The translations under genes were made by a program, and so were the position numbers. DNA of 64,000 nt from Spirochaetota bacterium (GTDB lineage: Bacteria > Spirochaetota > UBA4802 > UBA5550): positions 448,001-512,000 of the forward strand of contig CAXXHB010000003.1 of NCBI GenBank assembly GCA_963664815.2. The letters are read 5' to 3'. Below are positions 28,942 to 38,667 of this stretch, in pieces. Under the pieces are notes generated by a model. That model searched no databases, had not been told where the DNA came from, and saw only the letters and a list, made by a program, of their open reading frames with translations. How positions within the stretch are numbered: the stretch's first letter is position 1; the number at the start of each line of letters is the position of its first letter.

Positions 28942-30372
28942 ATGAGATTGAAAAGAGGAAAATTGCTGAAGCTGTCAATGGCAGCGGCTTTAATTTTCAC
29001 CATCATCAGTGAAAAGCCGCTCCACGCAGAATACGTGTTTAAAAACGACGGGTCGATAATCCAGGGTACTATTGTGAATGATTTTCCGACAAGCATCTCG
29101 GTGAAAAAGATGGATGATGCCGTTGAACAGGTGAACCGCAAAGACATAATCAGAATAATCTATACCGAGCTTTACCTCGGAAAGGTATACGCAAGGCTGA
29201 CAACGGGTGAAATCGTTGAAGGGTTCATGGTGTACGAAGACAGGGACAACTACTTTTTCCGCAAAGATCTTGCAAAACCGGAGGAGTTTACAATACCCCG
29301 CATAAAGGTCATGTTTATATCTCATACAAACCCCACAGATGTAAGGGGTAAACCCTCTACCGATTTCATAACAGTGACATGGAGCCCGCCGTTCAAGCCG
29401 GCAAAGTTTTTCAGGTTATATATCCGTGACGTGTTAAACAAAGAGGAGAACTTCAGGGTTGCGGGTGAAACAAATGAAACAGCCTTTATTGTTAAAAACC
29501 TGCGTAAAAGCTGGACTTATGAATTCTACGCCACGGCAATCTCCGATTCGGGGGAGGAATCTCTCCCCAGCGAAAAAGTCACGGTTAGCACGCTCCCTGA
29601 ACAGGTGAAAAACCTTCTCCTCAGCGAGGAGCTGTCGCCGGACGGGAAGAAGGTTACTTTAACATTCAGATGGGAAAACGTGGCAGATCCGGAGAGCAGG
29701 GTAAAATTGTACGCAGTCTATGAAATCGAAAATGGGGAGAGGAAGAAGAGAGGGACATCAGAAGGTAAAGAGTTTGTGATAAAGGATTATCCCGCGGAGG
29801 GGAGGCACTGGTTTTCAGTAGTGGCTGTAAATGATGTATTCACTGAATCGGATGAGGTAAAAGCCGTGTATGATGCCGGTTATAAAATATATACAAGGGG
29901 CTTTATGACATATCTTTACCCCATGGGAGCTATGAAGGACCTGGCTACTTCCGGGTACGGAATTCTAATGGAACCGGGGATTTCATGGAAAAGATACAAT
30001 TTCGGTTTTGAGACCGGGTTATTGACCTTCAGAGGGACTGATTGCATAAAAAGCATGAAGATGATTCCTTTCCTTTTTACGGCGGATTACAACAAGACCC
30101 TTCCGGGTTCCTTTACGTTAAAACCGGTGGTCAAGGCCGGATGGAGCCTGGATATGGTGGAATATGTTTTTTTAGACCCTGCAAATCCGCTGATAGAGGG
30201 TACAGGTGAAAAAAGCAGTTTTGATCCTGTGATTTCATTAGGTGTAAACATTAAGTACAGGTTTAAGGATAATATCGATTTTTCAGGTGGATTTGAGTAT
30301 GCCTCGATATTTCAGGACGGCGGGAGGCTCTCATTTGCCGGCATCTCTCTGGGGGTGTGTTATACTTTCTAA
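28942..30372 (+). CDS. Exported protein with two Fn3 domains and a C-terminal beta-barrel
   Basis: Signal peptide, a DGSIIQGTIV N-terminal motif, Fn3-like W..P..Y...TYEFYATAIS..GEES, and alternating beta strands ending in aromatic YTF. Confidence 0.7.
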   Translation: MRLKRGKLLKLSMAAALIFTIISEKPLHAEYVFKNDGSIIQGTIVNDFPTSISVKKMDDAVEQVNRKDIIRIIYTELYLGKVYARLTTGEIVEGFMVYEDRDNYFFRKDLAKPEEFTIPRIKVMFISHTNPTDVRGKPSTDFITVTWSPPFKPAKFFRLYIRDVLNKEENFRVAGETNETAFIVKNLRKSWTYEFYATAISDSGEESLPSEKVTVSTLPEQVKNLLLSEELSPDGKKVTLTFRWENVADPESRVKLYAVYEIENGERKKRGTSEGKEFVIKDYPAEGRHWFSVVAVNDVFTESDEVKAVYDAGYKIYTRGFMTYLYPMGAMKDLATSGYGILMEPGISWKRYNFGFETGLLTFRGTDCIKSMKMIPFLFTADYNKTLPGSFTLKPVVKAGWSLDMVEYVFLDPANPLIEGTGEKSSFDPVISLGVNIKYRFKDNIDFSGGFEYASIFQDGGRLSFAGISLGVCYTF

Positions 30373-30464
30373 AATTAACAGGTGTCACCTGGCCGGATAT
30401 TCTTCGGCCATTAAGGTGACTGTGGAGAGGATGAATGCTCTTTTTTATTATACGGTGGAATACT

Positions 30465-33089
30465 ATGAAGAAAACAGAATTCCTGCATAATGCTGAAAGG
30501 ATATTTCTGATATGTATAGTTCTGATGCTTTCCCTGTGCGGCTGCGGCAACTCCTTTTTTTCTGCAGAGGACTATCTGACCGGCCCGGTTAACGGTATAG
30601 GTCTTAAATCCTCCACATCCCTTGTAAGCGGGGGTACCGAACAGCTCTATCCGGTTGTCTCCCCCCCTAAGACTTCAAACAAAAGCGTTACATGGACAAG
30701 CAGCGGCAGCTCTGTTGTGGCGGTGGACAGCAGCGGGCTTATTACAGCCGTTGCGGCGGTGGCTCATGGTGAGACAAAGAGCGCGGTAATTACGGCGACA
30801 ACGGCTGAAGGGGGTTACAGTACACAGTGTGCGGTTACGGTTGTGGAAAAACCTGTGCCGGTAACGGGGGTAACGCTGAATAAAAACGTTTCATATCTTC
30901 TGACAGGAAATTCAGAGACCCTGCGTTCAGCAATTTCCCCCTCTGCAGCCACAAACCAGAAAGTCACATGGTCAAGCAGCAACAGCCTTGTTGCCTCGGT
31001 TAATCAGGAGGGCACGGTTACAACGGGAACAAATACGGGTCAGACGACAATTACAGTTACTACAGAGGATGGAAGCCTGACGGCATCATGCCTGTTTTAC
31101 GTGTCATTGACCCCTGTACAGGTAACGGGGGTTTCGCTTAACAAATCGGCGACGATAGTTGCTGCCGGGAAGACTGAAACGCTCTTTGCAACCATATCGC
31201 CGTACAACTCAACAAACCAGAACATCACGTGGTCAAGTGACAATCCAGCTGCAGCCTCTGTAAATGCATTCGGCATTGTGACCGGAATTTCAGATGGTAC
31301 AGCCAATATTACCGTAACAACAGCTGACGGGAACTACACCGGTACCTGCGCGGTATCCGTAGTGACATCGCCGGTGGCGGTGACAGGGGTAAGCCTTACC
31401 CCGTCATCAAGTACTATACAGGTCGGGAAACAGGCAACTCTTACGGCGGCAGTAACACCGGCCAATGCAACAAACCAGAACCTTTCATGGCAGAGCAGCA
31501 ACAGCCTTATAGCTACGGTGGACAGCAGCGGTCTTGTTACAGGGTTGTCAGCCGGGGGAGCGACAATAACCGTGACAACACTGGACGGAGGGTATTCAAA
31601 GAGCTGTTCTGTAACAGTGACAAATGCAGTAACCTATTCCGTTATATATAATGCCAACAATGCATCGGGGACTGTGCCCGCTTCACAGTCATATTTACCC
31701 GGGGCGACAGTGGTTGTGAGAAACAGCAGTTACCTGACTAAGACCAATTACAGCTTTGCCGGCTGGAGTACTACATCTACGGGGAGTGTGGCCTATACTG
31801 CCGGATCGGAATTCACCATGGGGTCATCGGATATTACACTCTATGCGGTGTGGAGTGCTGATCCCACATATACAGTGACCTATGACGGCAGTTTCCAGGA
31901 TGGCGGAACAGTGCCTGCTGATCCGAAACATTACCTGTCCGGCTCAACTGTGACTGTACTGGGTAACACGGAAGGTCTTTACCGGAATGCTCTTGTTTTT
32001 AAAGGATGGTATATAAATTCAAGCCAGACTTATAATGCAGGCGATACATTTATGATATATAGTAACGTTACATTGTACGCGAAGTGGCTTTACGGGTACG
32101 GTATAACCTATGACGGCAATGGAAGCGATTCCGGTACAGTGCCTGTTGATACCCTTTATGCGGCTGGTGACAGTGTTCCGATAAAAAGCAACACAGGGAG
32201 TCTTGCCAGAACAGGATACCTGTTTCAGGGATGGCATACTTCGGCAGGTGATTCCTATTATCCGGGTGGGAATCCATTAACAATGAGCACTTCAGGAGCT
32301 GTTCTTTACGCAAGCTGGGGAGATCGGCAGATTTTCACAGGTTATGGCACGATAAATATTTACGGGGACTGTACTGTCACTGTAAAAGCCTGGGGCGGCG
32401 GCGGACAGGGGGGATATTATAACGGAAATACCGGTGGTGGAGGGGGATATTCATATTCTGCATTTACTGCTGAAAATGGTGACGTGCTCCATGTCGTAGT
32501 TGGAGCCGGAGGTGGGAATACAAAAACTTCCGGTATGCCTGGCCTCGGGGAATCCAACGGTTATCAAGGCGGCGATGCATCGCTTGTAGTCCTTTACAGG
32601 GGTGGGTTATATAATTTAAAATGCTGTGCCGGCGGCGGAGGGGGCAGCAGTTACAGCAACGGGTATAAAGGAGGTGCGGGGGGAGGTTCTTATGGCCAGG
32701 CTGGTACGGGCAGTAATTCTGGTGGAGGAGATGGAAATGGCGGAGCAGGTTATTCCGGAATACCGGCTACTTATGGAAGCAATATGCTTAAATCTTCAGC
32801 AACTCTTGAAGGATTGGGCGGAAAAGGGGGACGCCCGGTCTCAAATCTTGGAGGTTCTGGCGGCGGCGGATATGGCGGTGGAGGTACGAGTTGTTACAAT
32901 TTAGGTTATAATGCAGGAAGTGGCGGCGGCGGATACTGCGAAGGTACAGGATACTCAACTCTTACAGGCACGAATTCAAAACCGGGTAACAGTACAGATT
33001 CAGATCTGCCCTCAGGATATGCAATCGGCGGTGCACAGAATACAAATGGCGGGAACGGTTATGTTATTGTTTCCATAGTGTATAACTGA
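30465..33089 (+). CDS. Surface lipoprotein with 4 Big_2 Ig-like repeats, 3 InlB-B/Listeria-Bacteroides repeats and a Gly-rich C-terminal domain
   Basis: LCGC lipobox, repeated VTGVSL...TWSSSN..VASV...G.VT, repeated Y.F.GW...TLYA.W, and a GGGGG-rich tail. Confidence 0.88.
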   Translation: MKKTEFLHNAERIFLICIVLMLSLCGCGNSFFSAEDYLTGPVNGIGLKSSTSLVSGGTEQLYPVVSPPKTSNKSVTWTSSGSSVVAVDSSGLITAVAAVAHGETKSAVITATTAEGGYSTQCAVTVVEKPVPVTGVTLNKNVSYLLTGNSETLRSAISPSAATNQKVTWSSSNSLVASVNQEGTVTTGTNTGQTTITVTTEDGSLTASCLFYVSLTPVQVTGVSLNKSATIVAAGKTETLFATISPYNSTNQNITWSSDNPAAASVNAFGIVTGISDGTANITVTTADGNYTGTCAVSVVTSPVAVTGVSLTPSSSTIQVGKQATLTAAVTPANATNQNLSWQSSNSLIATVDSSGLVTGLSAGGATITVTTLDGGYSKSCSVTVTNAVTYSVIYNANNASGTVPASQSYLPGATVVVRNSSYLTKTNYSFAGWSTTSTGSVAYTAGSEFTMGSSDITLYAVWSADPTYTVTYDGSFQDGGTVPADPKHYLSGSTVTVLGNTEGLYRNALVFKGWYINSSQTYNAGDTFMIYSNVTLYAKWLYGYGITYDGNGSDSGTVPVDTLYAAGDSVPIKSNTGSLARTGYLFQGWHTSAGDSYYPGGNPLTMSTSGAVLYASWGDRQIFTGYGTINIYGDCTVTVKAWGGGGQGGYYNGNTGGGGGYSYSAFTAENGDVLHVVVGAGGGNTKTSGMPGLGESNGYQGGDASLVVLYRGGLYNLKCCAGGGGGSSYSNGYKGGAGGGSYGQAGTGSNSGGGDGNGGAGYSGIPATYGSNMLKSSATLEGLGGKGGRPVSNLGGSGGGGYGGGGTSCYNLGYNAGSGGGGYCEGTGYSTLTGTNSKPGNSTDSDLPSGYAIGGAQNTNGGNGYVIVSIVYN

Positions 33090-33181
33090 ATCTTTATACA
33101 TTTATTGTTTCGAAGGATTAATGAATTACTGAAAATTCTGAATATATAGTGTTTTAAAATATGCGGGGCATTCGTTAAAGG

Positions 33182-33310
33182 GCATGGAGTCTGCAAAAGA
33201 GTTATGAAAACATCAGTGAAATATATATCATGAACGCTGATGGTTCAGGCCAGACAAACATCTCTAATAATTCTGCAAGCGATACAACACCTTCCTGGTC
33301 GCCATATTAG
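33182..33310 (+). pseudogene. Remnant of a TolB-like/PD40 beta-propeller repeat
   Basis: Reads AWS...EIYIMNADGSGQTNISNNSASDTTPSWSPY*. An in-frame stop precedes it, so there is no intact N-terminal part. Confidence 0.65.
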
Positions 33311-33385
33311 TTCAGGAATGTGTATGTTGCTGATACGATTATTTAGTGATGTTCGCGTATAATTTCAAGCGCTTAATGTCTTTTG

Positions 33386-33643
33386 CTATTCAGGCTTCTT
33401 ATAATGTGCGCTATATCTGTCAATAACGGTTTTAATCATTGTCTGGTATGGAACCCCGGCTTTTTTTGCTTTTTCTTTGAAAAAATCAACGCTTGATTTA
33501 CTCAGGGAAATAGTAATCTTAACATTATCTTCTTTTTTTATTAATAGTTCCGGAGCTGGCAGAAAATCTTCAATAGTTTCTGAAGACATTATTGATTCTG
33601 CTAATTCCGGAGGAGCTGATTTATAAGTTGTTTTCTTTTTCAT
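33386..33643 (-). CDS. BrnA-like/CopG antitoxin
   Basis: EDFLPAPE, KITISL...FFK..A and PYQTMI motifs. Overlaps the toxin gene. Confidence 0.85.
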   Translation of the reverse strand: MKKKTTYKSAPPELAESIMSSETIEDFLPAPELLIKKEDNVKITISLSKSSVDFFKEKAKKAGVPYQTMIKTVIDRYSAHYKKPE

Positions 33644-33911
33644 ATTTTTTTCTCCCTTCCCGCCAGTAACCGGCTCCGAATATTCTTATTCTGTTATTTC
33701 TTACTGTAAAACGTACGGTCATTATTTTATCTTCGACCAGTCCAAAGCAGAAATATCTTTTTTCAGCTTTTGTTGTATGTTTTGCATCAACAGCTATAAC
33801 TCTTTTTTTGTCAAAAAATGCATTCTGAGCATCAAAAAATGACACGTCATGTTTTGAAATGTTTTCTCTGTTTTTATTTTCATCCCACTCAAAATTCATA
33901 TGTACCATCAT
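33621..33911 (-). CDS. brnT: BrnT-family toxin
   Basis: FEWDENK...N.SKH.VSF and RIRIFGA. The start is probably MNFEWD. Confidence 0.88.
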   Translation of the reverse strand: MMVHMNFEWDENKNRENISKHDVSFFDAQNAFFDKKRVIAVDAKHTTKAEKRYFCFGLVEDKIMTVRFTVRNNRIRIFGAGYWREGRKKYEKENNL

Positions 33912-34227
33912 ACATATTATAAGCCATATGTCAAATTTTATGCCGCCGGTTTTTATAAAAAAACTGTGTTTTCTGACCGGACGTACGGGTCGGTTGGTTC
34001 TTTCCGCCTGACTATGACTCTGTTCCGGGATACTGTAATATCGGCATATTTTTGAGGTTTTTAAACAGATGAGTTGTTATCAAAATTGTAAATTCCGGCA
34101 GCGGGGTCTTCAGTGGTTATTTATACGCTATATTTTTGTCTGAGAGTTTGCATACCCGGTCAAAAACCGGTTTTTCCGGTTAATCTTTTGGCCGGGTGTA
34201 TCATCCGCTGAAGATCCCGCTGTCATG

Positions 34228-37200
34228 TCAGGCGGGAATTGTCAGGATAAAGATGTTGCCCCCTTCAGGATTGCGTTTTGTCGCAATACGGCCGTTAAGT
34301 TCCCTGACCCCCTTTCTGACACCGGAAAGGCTGAACCCGGTTGAACGCCCCGCATCAAAGAGCTGATTAAGATCCTCCCTGTCAAGCCATTGCCCTGAAT
34401 CGGTGATCCTTATTATAATGGAGCCATTCTCTTTATCTGTGCTTACCCCTATCTGCCCGTTTTCACCGGACAGGAACACCGCATTGGTAATAAGATCGCT
34501 CACTACGGATGAGAGTACAGCCGGATTCCCTGTAAATGACGGGCCTCCCGGTGTTATTATGAATTCGCTCCTGGCGCCGTGGTTTCTCTTCACCGCCTCC
34601 ACCGCGTCGGCAATAATTGCGTCAAGGGATTCATCTTCCCCGTCTCCCAGAAGGTTGAGGGCATCAATTAAAGCCCTCCTGGCTCTTCCCCTGTTTTCCT
34701 TTTTAATGTTTTCAAGATCAAGGGAGATGTTAAAACCGGACGTACGTTCCTCAACAAGCCTGTTCTGCTTCTTCAGATTTTCGTTTGTATCAATAACCTG
34801 GTATGTCTTGATGGGGTGATCAATCCCCTTGACCATTACATCCTCCTTTTCAAGACAGTAGTATTTATGTGAAACAAGGGAATACGTTTCATGAGAGATG
34901 AGCACCTGGTCTGTATCGGCCGAGCTTTCAAGCCTGCTTGCAAGGTTTACCTGCGACCCGATAATCGTGTAATCCATCCTTGCCTCGCTGCCGAAATTCC
35001 CCACTGTGCAGTAACCTGTACTTATGCCCATTCTCACATGGAACGGTTCAGCTATTCCATGCTCAAACCAGCGGTTCTGCAGGTATCTGAGCCGCGATTT
35101 CATCTCCACGGCCATGTCCACAGCCGCAACTGCGTCCATCTGTTCGCCCCTGCTATCCGGATCGCCGAAAAATACAAGTATGGCGTCGCCTATGAATTTG
35201 TCAATCGTGGCGCCATATTTTATGGCGATTTGCGACATCTCGTTCAGATAACTATTGAGAAGTTCGGTTAGTGATTCGGTCTCCATTCTTTCAGTTGTCT
35301 GTGTAAAATTCTTTATGTCGGAGAAGAATACTGTGAGCTTTTTCCTGGTGGATGCGATTTTCACATCCTGCTTTCCCGTTAAGATCATATCCCTGATCTG
35401 GGGCGAAAGATATTTTGACAGATTTCCCGAGAGTGATTCAAGTATTGAATTCATGTCGTTGAGCTTGTTCATGGTCTCCTGCAGCTCGCTGGTTCTTTCG
35501 TCAACTTTCTTCTCAAGATTTTCGGTGAAGTCCCTCAGCGTCACAATCATGCTGTTGAAAGTTTTTGCAAGCATGCCTATTTCATCATGTGTGCTGGTGT
35601 CGATCCTCACGTTATAGTTTCCCGATGAAACCGCCTCTGTGGAGGAGATCAGGTGTTTAATGGGATTTGTAATGTTTTTCGAAAGAAATACAACTATTAA
35701 TATGGCGATCGGCGTTATAATAAAAAATCCCATGAGAAAGTTTAACCTTGTCCCCGCAGTAATACTGTTGATTGTTTCCATGAGTTCGGATTTACTTTTA
35801 TTTATATCATCAATGTATGTACCAGTGCCAAGCCACATGTTTGTCCCCGGAACGTTCATTGCTGTGCCAAGCTTGGGATATATGCCTTCGACTCCGGGCT
35901 TACTCCAGTAGAATTCAAGGAACATGCTTTTATTTTTGGCCGCTTCATCAAGTTCCCTTATGATGTACTGCTTACCCTCCGGGTCCTGCATGTCCCACAG
36001 GTTCTTACCCTCAAGATTTTTATTCAGCCCGTGAATCAGGTTTTTGCCGGTTCCGGCCTCGTATGCGTAGAAATACCCGTCTGTGCCGAACCGCAGCTGC
36101 CTCAGAACATCCTGTGTAAGCTTTAACCTCTCAGCCTGAGGGAGTTTATTCATGCCGTTGATCACAGTTGCAAGAGATACGGCCATCTCCGTGTTGTTCC
36201 GGAGCATGAAGCGGTATTTATCGGTCAGCAGGGTCTCGGACTTTTTCATCATATAATCGCTGTACCCTGTGAATGAAAAATTAAATATAAAGTATATCAC
36301 GGCAAAGCTCACAACAAGAGTTGCTATGAGAAATGTGAGAAGTTTGGCAAGAATGCTGTTTTTTCTTGGGAACCTGTCTTTAATGCTGTTCTTCATCCGG
36401 ACCAGGAGTTCCATGAGAGATGCGGGATCTGCGCTGTTTTTAAAATATCCGCGCCATTTGTAAAAAAGATCAGCCATTACCACGATTCCGAGAACAGCTA
36501 TAAAAATTATGAGGAACGCGTTCATTCTCAGATTAAAAGCCTCCGTGGGATTCTGTACTTTGGAGGCTTTTTCAAAGAAGATAAAGACCATCTGCCACGC
36601 CGCTATGTATGATGTTATCAGCATGAAGAGCATGGGGATTACTGTTATCCATATATATTTAACCTTGTCAGTCTTGATCAGAAGAGTGGTGCCTATACCC
36701 AGCGCGGTTGCTGCCAGAATCTGGTTTGCGATACCGAACATGGGCCATATTGTTGAGATGTTGCCGGTGAACAGAAGATAACACCACATAAGAACAATTA
36801 TAAGGCTTGTAACGATAATGTTGATTTCATTTTTATGATTTGAAAAGGGTTTATAGATTCTGCCCCCTATCTCCTGAAGCATGAATCTGCCGACCCTGGT
36901 TCCGGCATCAACAAGAGTCAGAATAAACAGGGCTATAAACATGAGCGAGTAGTTATACCAGTATGGCAAAGCGGCCTTCCCGCCGAAAAGTGATGAAAGC
37001 AGAACCGACATCCCTGCGGCAATCGAAACCGCACCCCCTGTCCTCCCCTGTAGTTCCAGCCCTATGATCTGCGAAAGATCCTTAACCCTTGATACGGGAA
37101 ACCCTATTGATGCCAGCATGTCAGGTGATAACTTTGTATTAATGGCGAAATAATCGCCGGGGATAAGCACAGATGCGGCAATAAGCGCTATCACCGCCAC

Positions 37201-38328
37201 AAAACCTTCAACCAGCATTGAACCGAAACCTATGAGGGGAATGTCCTTTTCGGACATAATCATTTTCGGCGTAGTGCCGGAAGAGATCAGCCCGTGAAAT
37301 CCTGAAATCGCGCCGCAGGCAATGGTAATAAACAGAAAGGGGAAAAGGGTTCCGGGAATAATGGGGCCGCCCCCTGCTATGTATTGTGTGGCTTTTGGCA
37401 TCTCCATAACCGGCATGTTTATAACGATTGCAGCCGCAAGGAGAATAAATGTTCCCACTTTAAGGTATGCCGAAATGTAATCCCTGGGAACAAGGAGCAG
37501 CCAGATCGGCAGGGCCGAGGAGAGGAAACAGAGAATTCCCAGATAAATAATAAGCCTGTTTTTATCAATTGTAAAAATATGGGCAATGGATGAGCCTGGT
37601 ATGCTGCTCCCCAGCAGAACCGCTGCAAGGAGCAGCAGCGCGCCGACTATGCTCACCTCCATTATCTTCCCATGCCTTAAAAAGCGCATATAGATCCCCA
37701 TGAATATGGCGATGGGGAATGTGAGCATGAGAGTGAATGTACCCCAGGAATTCATATTCAGGGAATTTACAACTGACAGCGCTGCGCCGGCAACAGCGAC
37801 AATGACATTGAACACGATTATTAATGCCAGCACAATTCCGCTGAGAGAGCCGATTTCATCCCTTGCTATCTGCGCAAGGGAATGACCCTTGTGCCTGGCT
37901 GAAGCGGCAAGTATAACCATATCATGAACCGCACCGGCAAGCGTGGCGCCGACAAGAATCCATAAGAACCCGGGAAGGTACCCGAACTGTGCGGCCAGCG
38001 TGGGACCTATAAGAGGCCCTGCCCCTGCTATTGCCGCGAAATGATGCCCGAAGAGAACCCACTTATTCATCGGGTAATAATCCACGCCGTCACGCTCCGT
38101 TTCGGATGGCATCAGGTTTGTCTCGTCAAATGCCAGAACCTTTGAGGCGATAAAGGCGCCGTAAAATCTGTATGTTATTATAAAAATGCAGGCAGTAGCT
38201 ACAATAAGCCAGACCGCATTGACTTTTTCACCGGGATTAAGAAACCCCGCGATTACGGCAAGGGATACAGCCGCAATAAAAGATACTATAACCCATATAA
38301 GTTTTTTAAAGATCTTAACTGCCGACAT
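34228..38328 (-). CDS. CstA-family transporter fused to Cache, HAMP, class III adenylate cyclase and a degenerate HATPase
   Basis: The N-terminal ~630 aa has VLFGHHFAAIAGAGPLIGP and ACGAISGFH (CstA). Then a TM, a Cache domain (RFGTDGYFY, FYWSKPG, GTGTYIDD), a TM, a HAMP domain (DEIGMLAKTFNSM) and a cyclase (FSDIKNFT, DKFIGDA, YTIIGSQVNLASRLE). AGGAG RBS. Confidence 0.88.
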   Translation of the reverse strand: MSAVKIFKKLIWVIVSFIAAVSLAVIAGFLNPGEKVNAVWLIVATACIFIITYRFYGAFIASKVLAFDETNLMPSETERDGVDYYPMNKWVLFGHHFAAIAGAGPLIGPTLAAQFGYLPGFLWILVGATLAGAVHDMVILAASARHKGHSLAQIARDEIGSLSGIVLALIIVFNVIVAVAGAALSVVNSLNMNSWGTFTLMLTFPIAIFMGIYMRFLRHGKIMEVSIVGALLLLAAVLLGSSIPGSSIAHIFTIDKNRLIIYLGILCFLSSALPIWLLLVPRDYISAYLKVGTFILLAAAIVINMPVMEMPKATQYIAGGGPIIPGTLFPFLFITIACGAISGFHGLISSGTTPKMIMSEKDIPLIGFGSMLVEGFVAVIALIAASVLIPGDYFAINTKLSPDMLASIGFPVSRVKDLSQIIGLELQGRTGGAVSIAAGMSVLLSSLFGGKAALPYWYNYSLMFIALFILTLVDAGTRVGRFMLQEIGGRIYKPFSNHKNEINIIVTSLIIVLMWCYLLFTGNISTIWPMFGIANQILAATALGIGTTLLIKTDKVKYIWITVIPMLFMLITSYIAAWQMVFIFFEKASKVQNPTEAFNLRMNAFLIIFIAVLGIVVMADLFYKWRGYFKNSADPASLMELLVRMKNSIKDRFPRKNSILAKLLTFLIATLVVSFAVIYFIFNFSFTGYSDYMMKKSETLLTDKYRFMLRNNTEMAVSLATVINGMNKLPQAERLKLTQDVLRQLRFGTDGYFYAYEAGTGKNLIHGLNKNLEGKNLWDMQDPEGKQYIIRELDEAAKNKSMFLEFYWSKPGVEGIYPKLGTAMNVPGTNMWLGTGTYIDDINKSKSELMETINSITAGTRLNFLMGFFIITPIAILIVVFLSKNITNPIKHLISSTEAVSSGNYNVRIDTSTHDEIGMLAKTFNSMIVTLRDFTENLEKKVDERTSELQETMNKLNDMNSILESLSGNLSKYLSPQIRDMILTGKQDVKIASTRKKLTVFFSDIKNFTQTTERMETESLTELLNSYLNEMSQIAIKYGATIDKFIGDAILVFFGDPDSRGEQMDAVAAVDMAVEMKSRLRYLQNRWFEHGIAEPFHVRMGISTGYCTVGNFGSEARMDYTIIGSQVNLASRLESSADTDQVLISHETYSLVSHKYYCLEKEDVMVKGIDHPIKTYQVIDTNENLKKQNRLVEERTSGFNISLDLENIKKENRGRARRALIDALNLLGDGEDESLDAIIADAVEAVKRNHGARSEFIITPGGPSFTGNPAVLSSVVSDLITNAVFLSGENGQIGVSTDKENGSIIIRITDSGQWLDREDLNQLFDAGRSTGFSLSGVRKGVRELNGRIATKRNPEGGNIFILTIPA

Positions 38329-38462
38329 TATATTACTCCTGTACCAGTTACGGAATATTTAAACGTATTTTGAAGACATATGCATCTCCCGGACAAATCC
38401 GGGCCGGTTTGTTCAATCAATTGATTTATCGAACTGTTTATCATAACTTTTCCGGATGAGGT

Positions 38463-38512
38463 TGTCAATGGGTGTGTAGTGAACTGTGCGTATAGTGTAA
38501 TGAACTGTGCGT
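38463..38512 (-). promoter_or_regulatory. LytTR-type direct repeat plus -35 (promoter C, pointing at the cstA-cyclase gene)
   Basis: Minus strand reads ACGCACAGTTCA-N9-ACGCACAGTTCA-N9-CATTGACA. Confidence 0.85.
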
Positions 38513-38667
38513 CCTGTTCGAATTTTTTCTTAGATGCAGCGTAAAATTTCATACCACAGCTCGCCGTCAATTACCGCATTTTGTGCGTAATTATGGAGTG
38601 TTTTCCATTTTTCAGGTCCCCTTTAATATCTTGACGTGAAGGCTACACTTCTGCGATTATTTCACTC

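Noticed and set aside
38328-38570. 80-aa ORF with repeated AQF
   Set aside because: The repeat comes from the LytTR promoter DNA and the ORF overlaps the cstA RBS, so it is probably non-coding.
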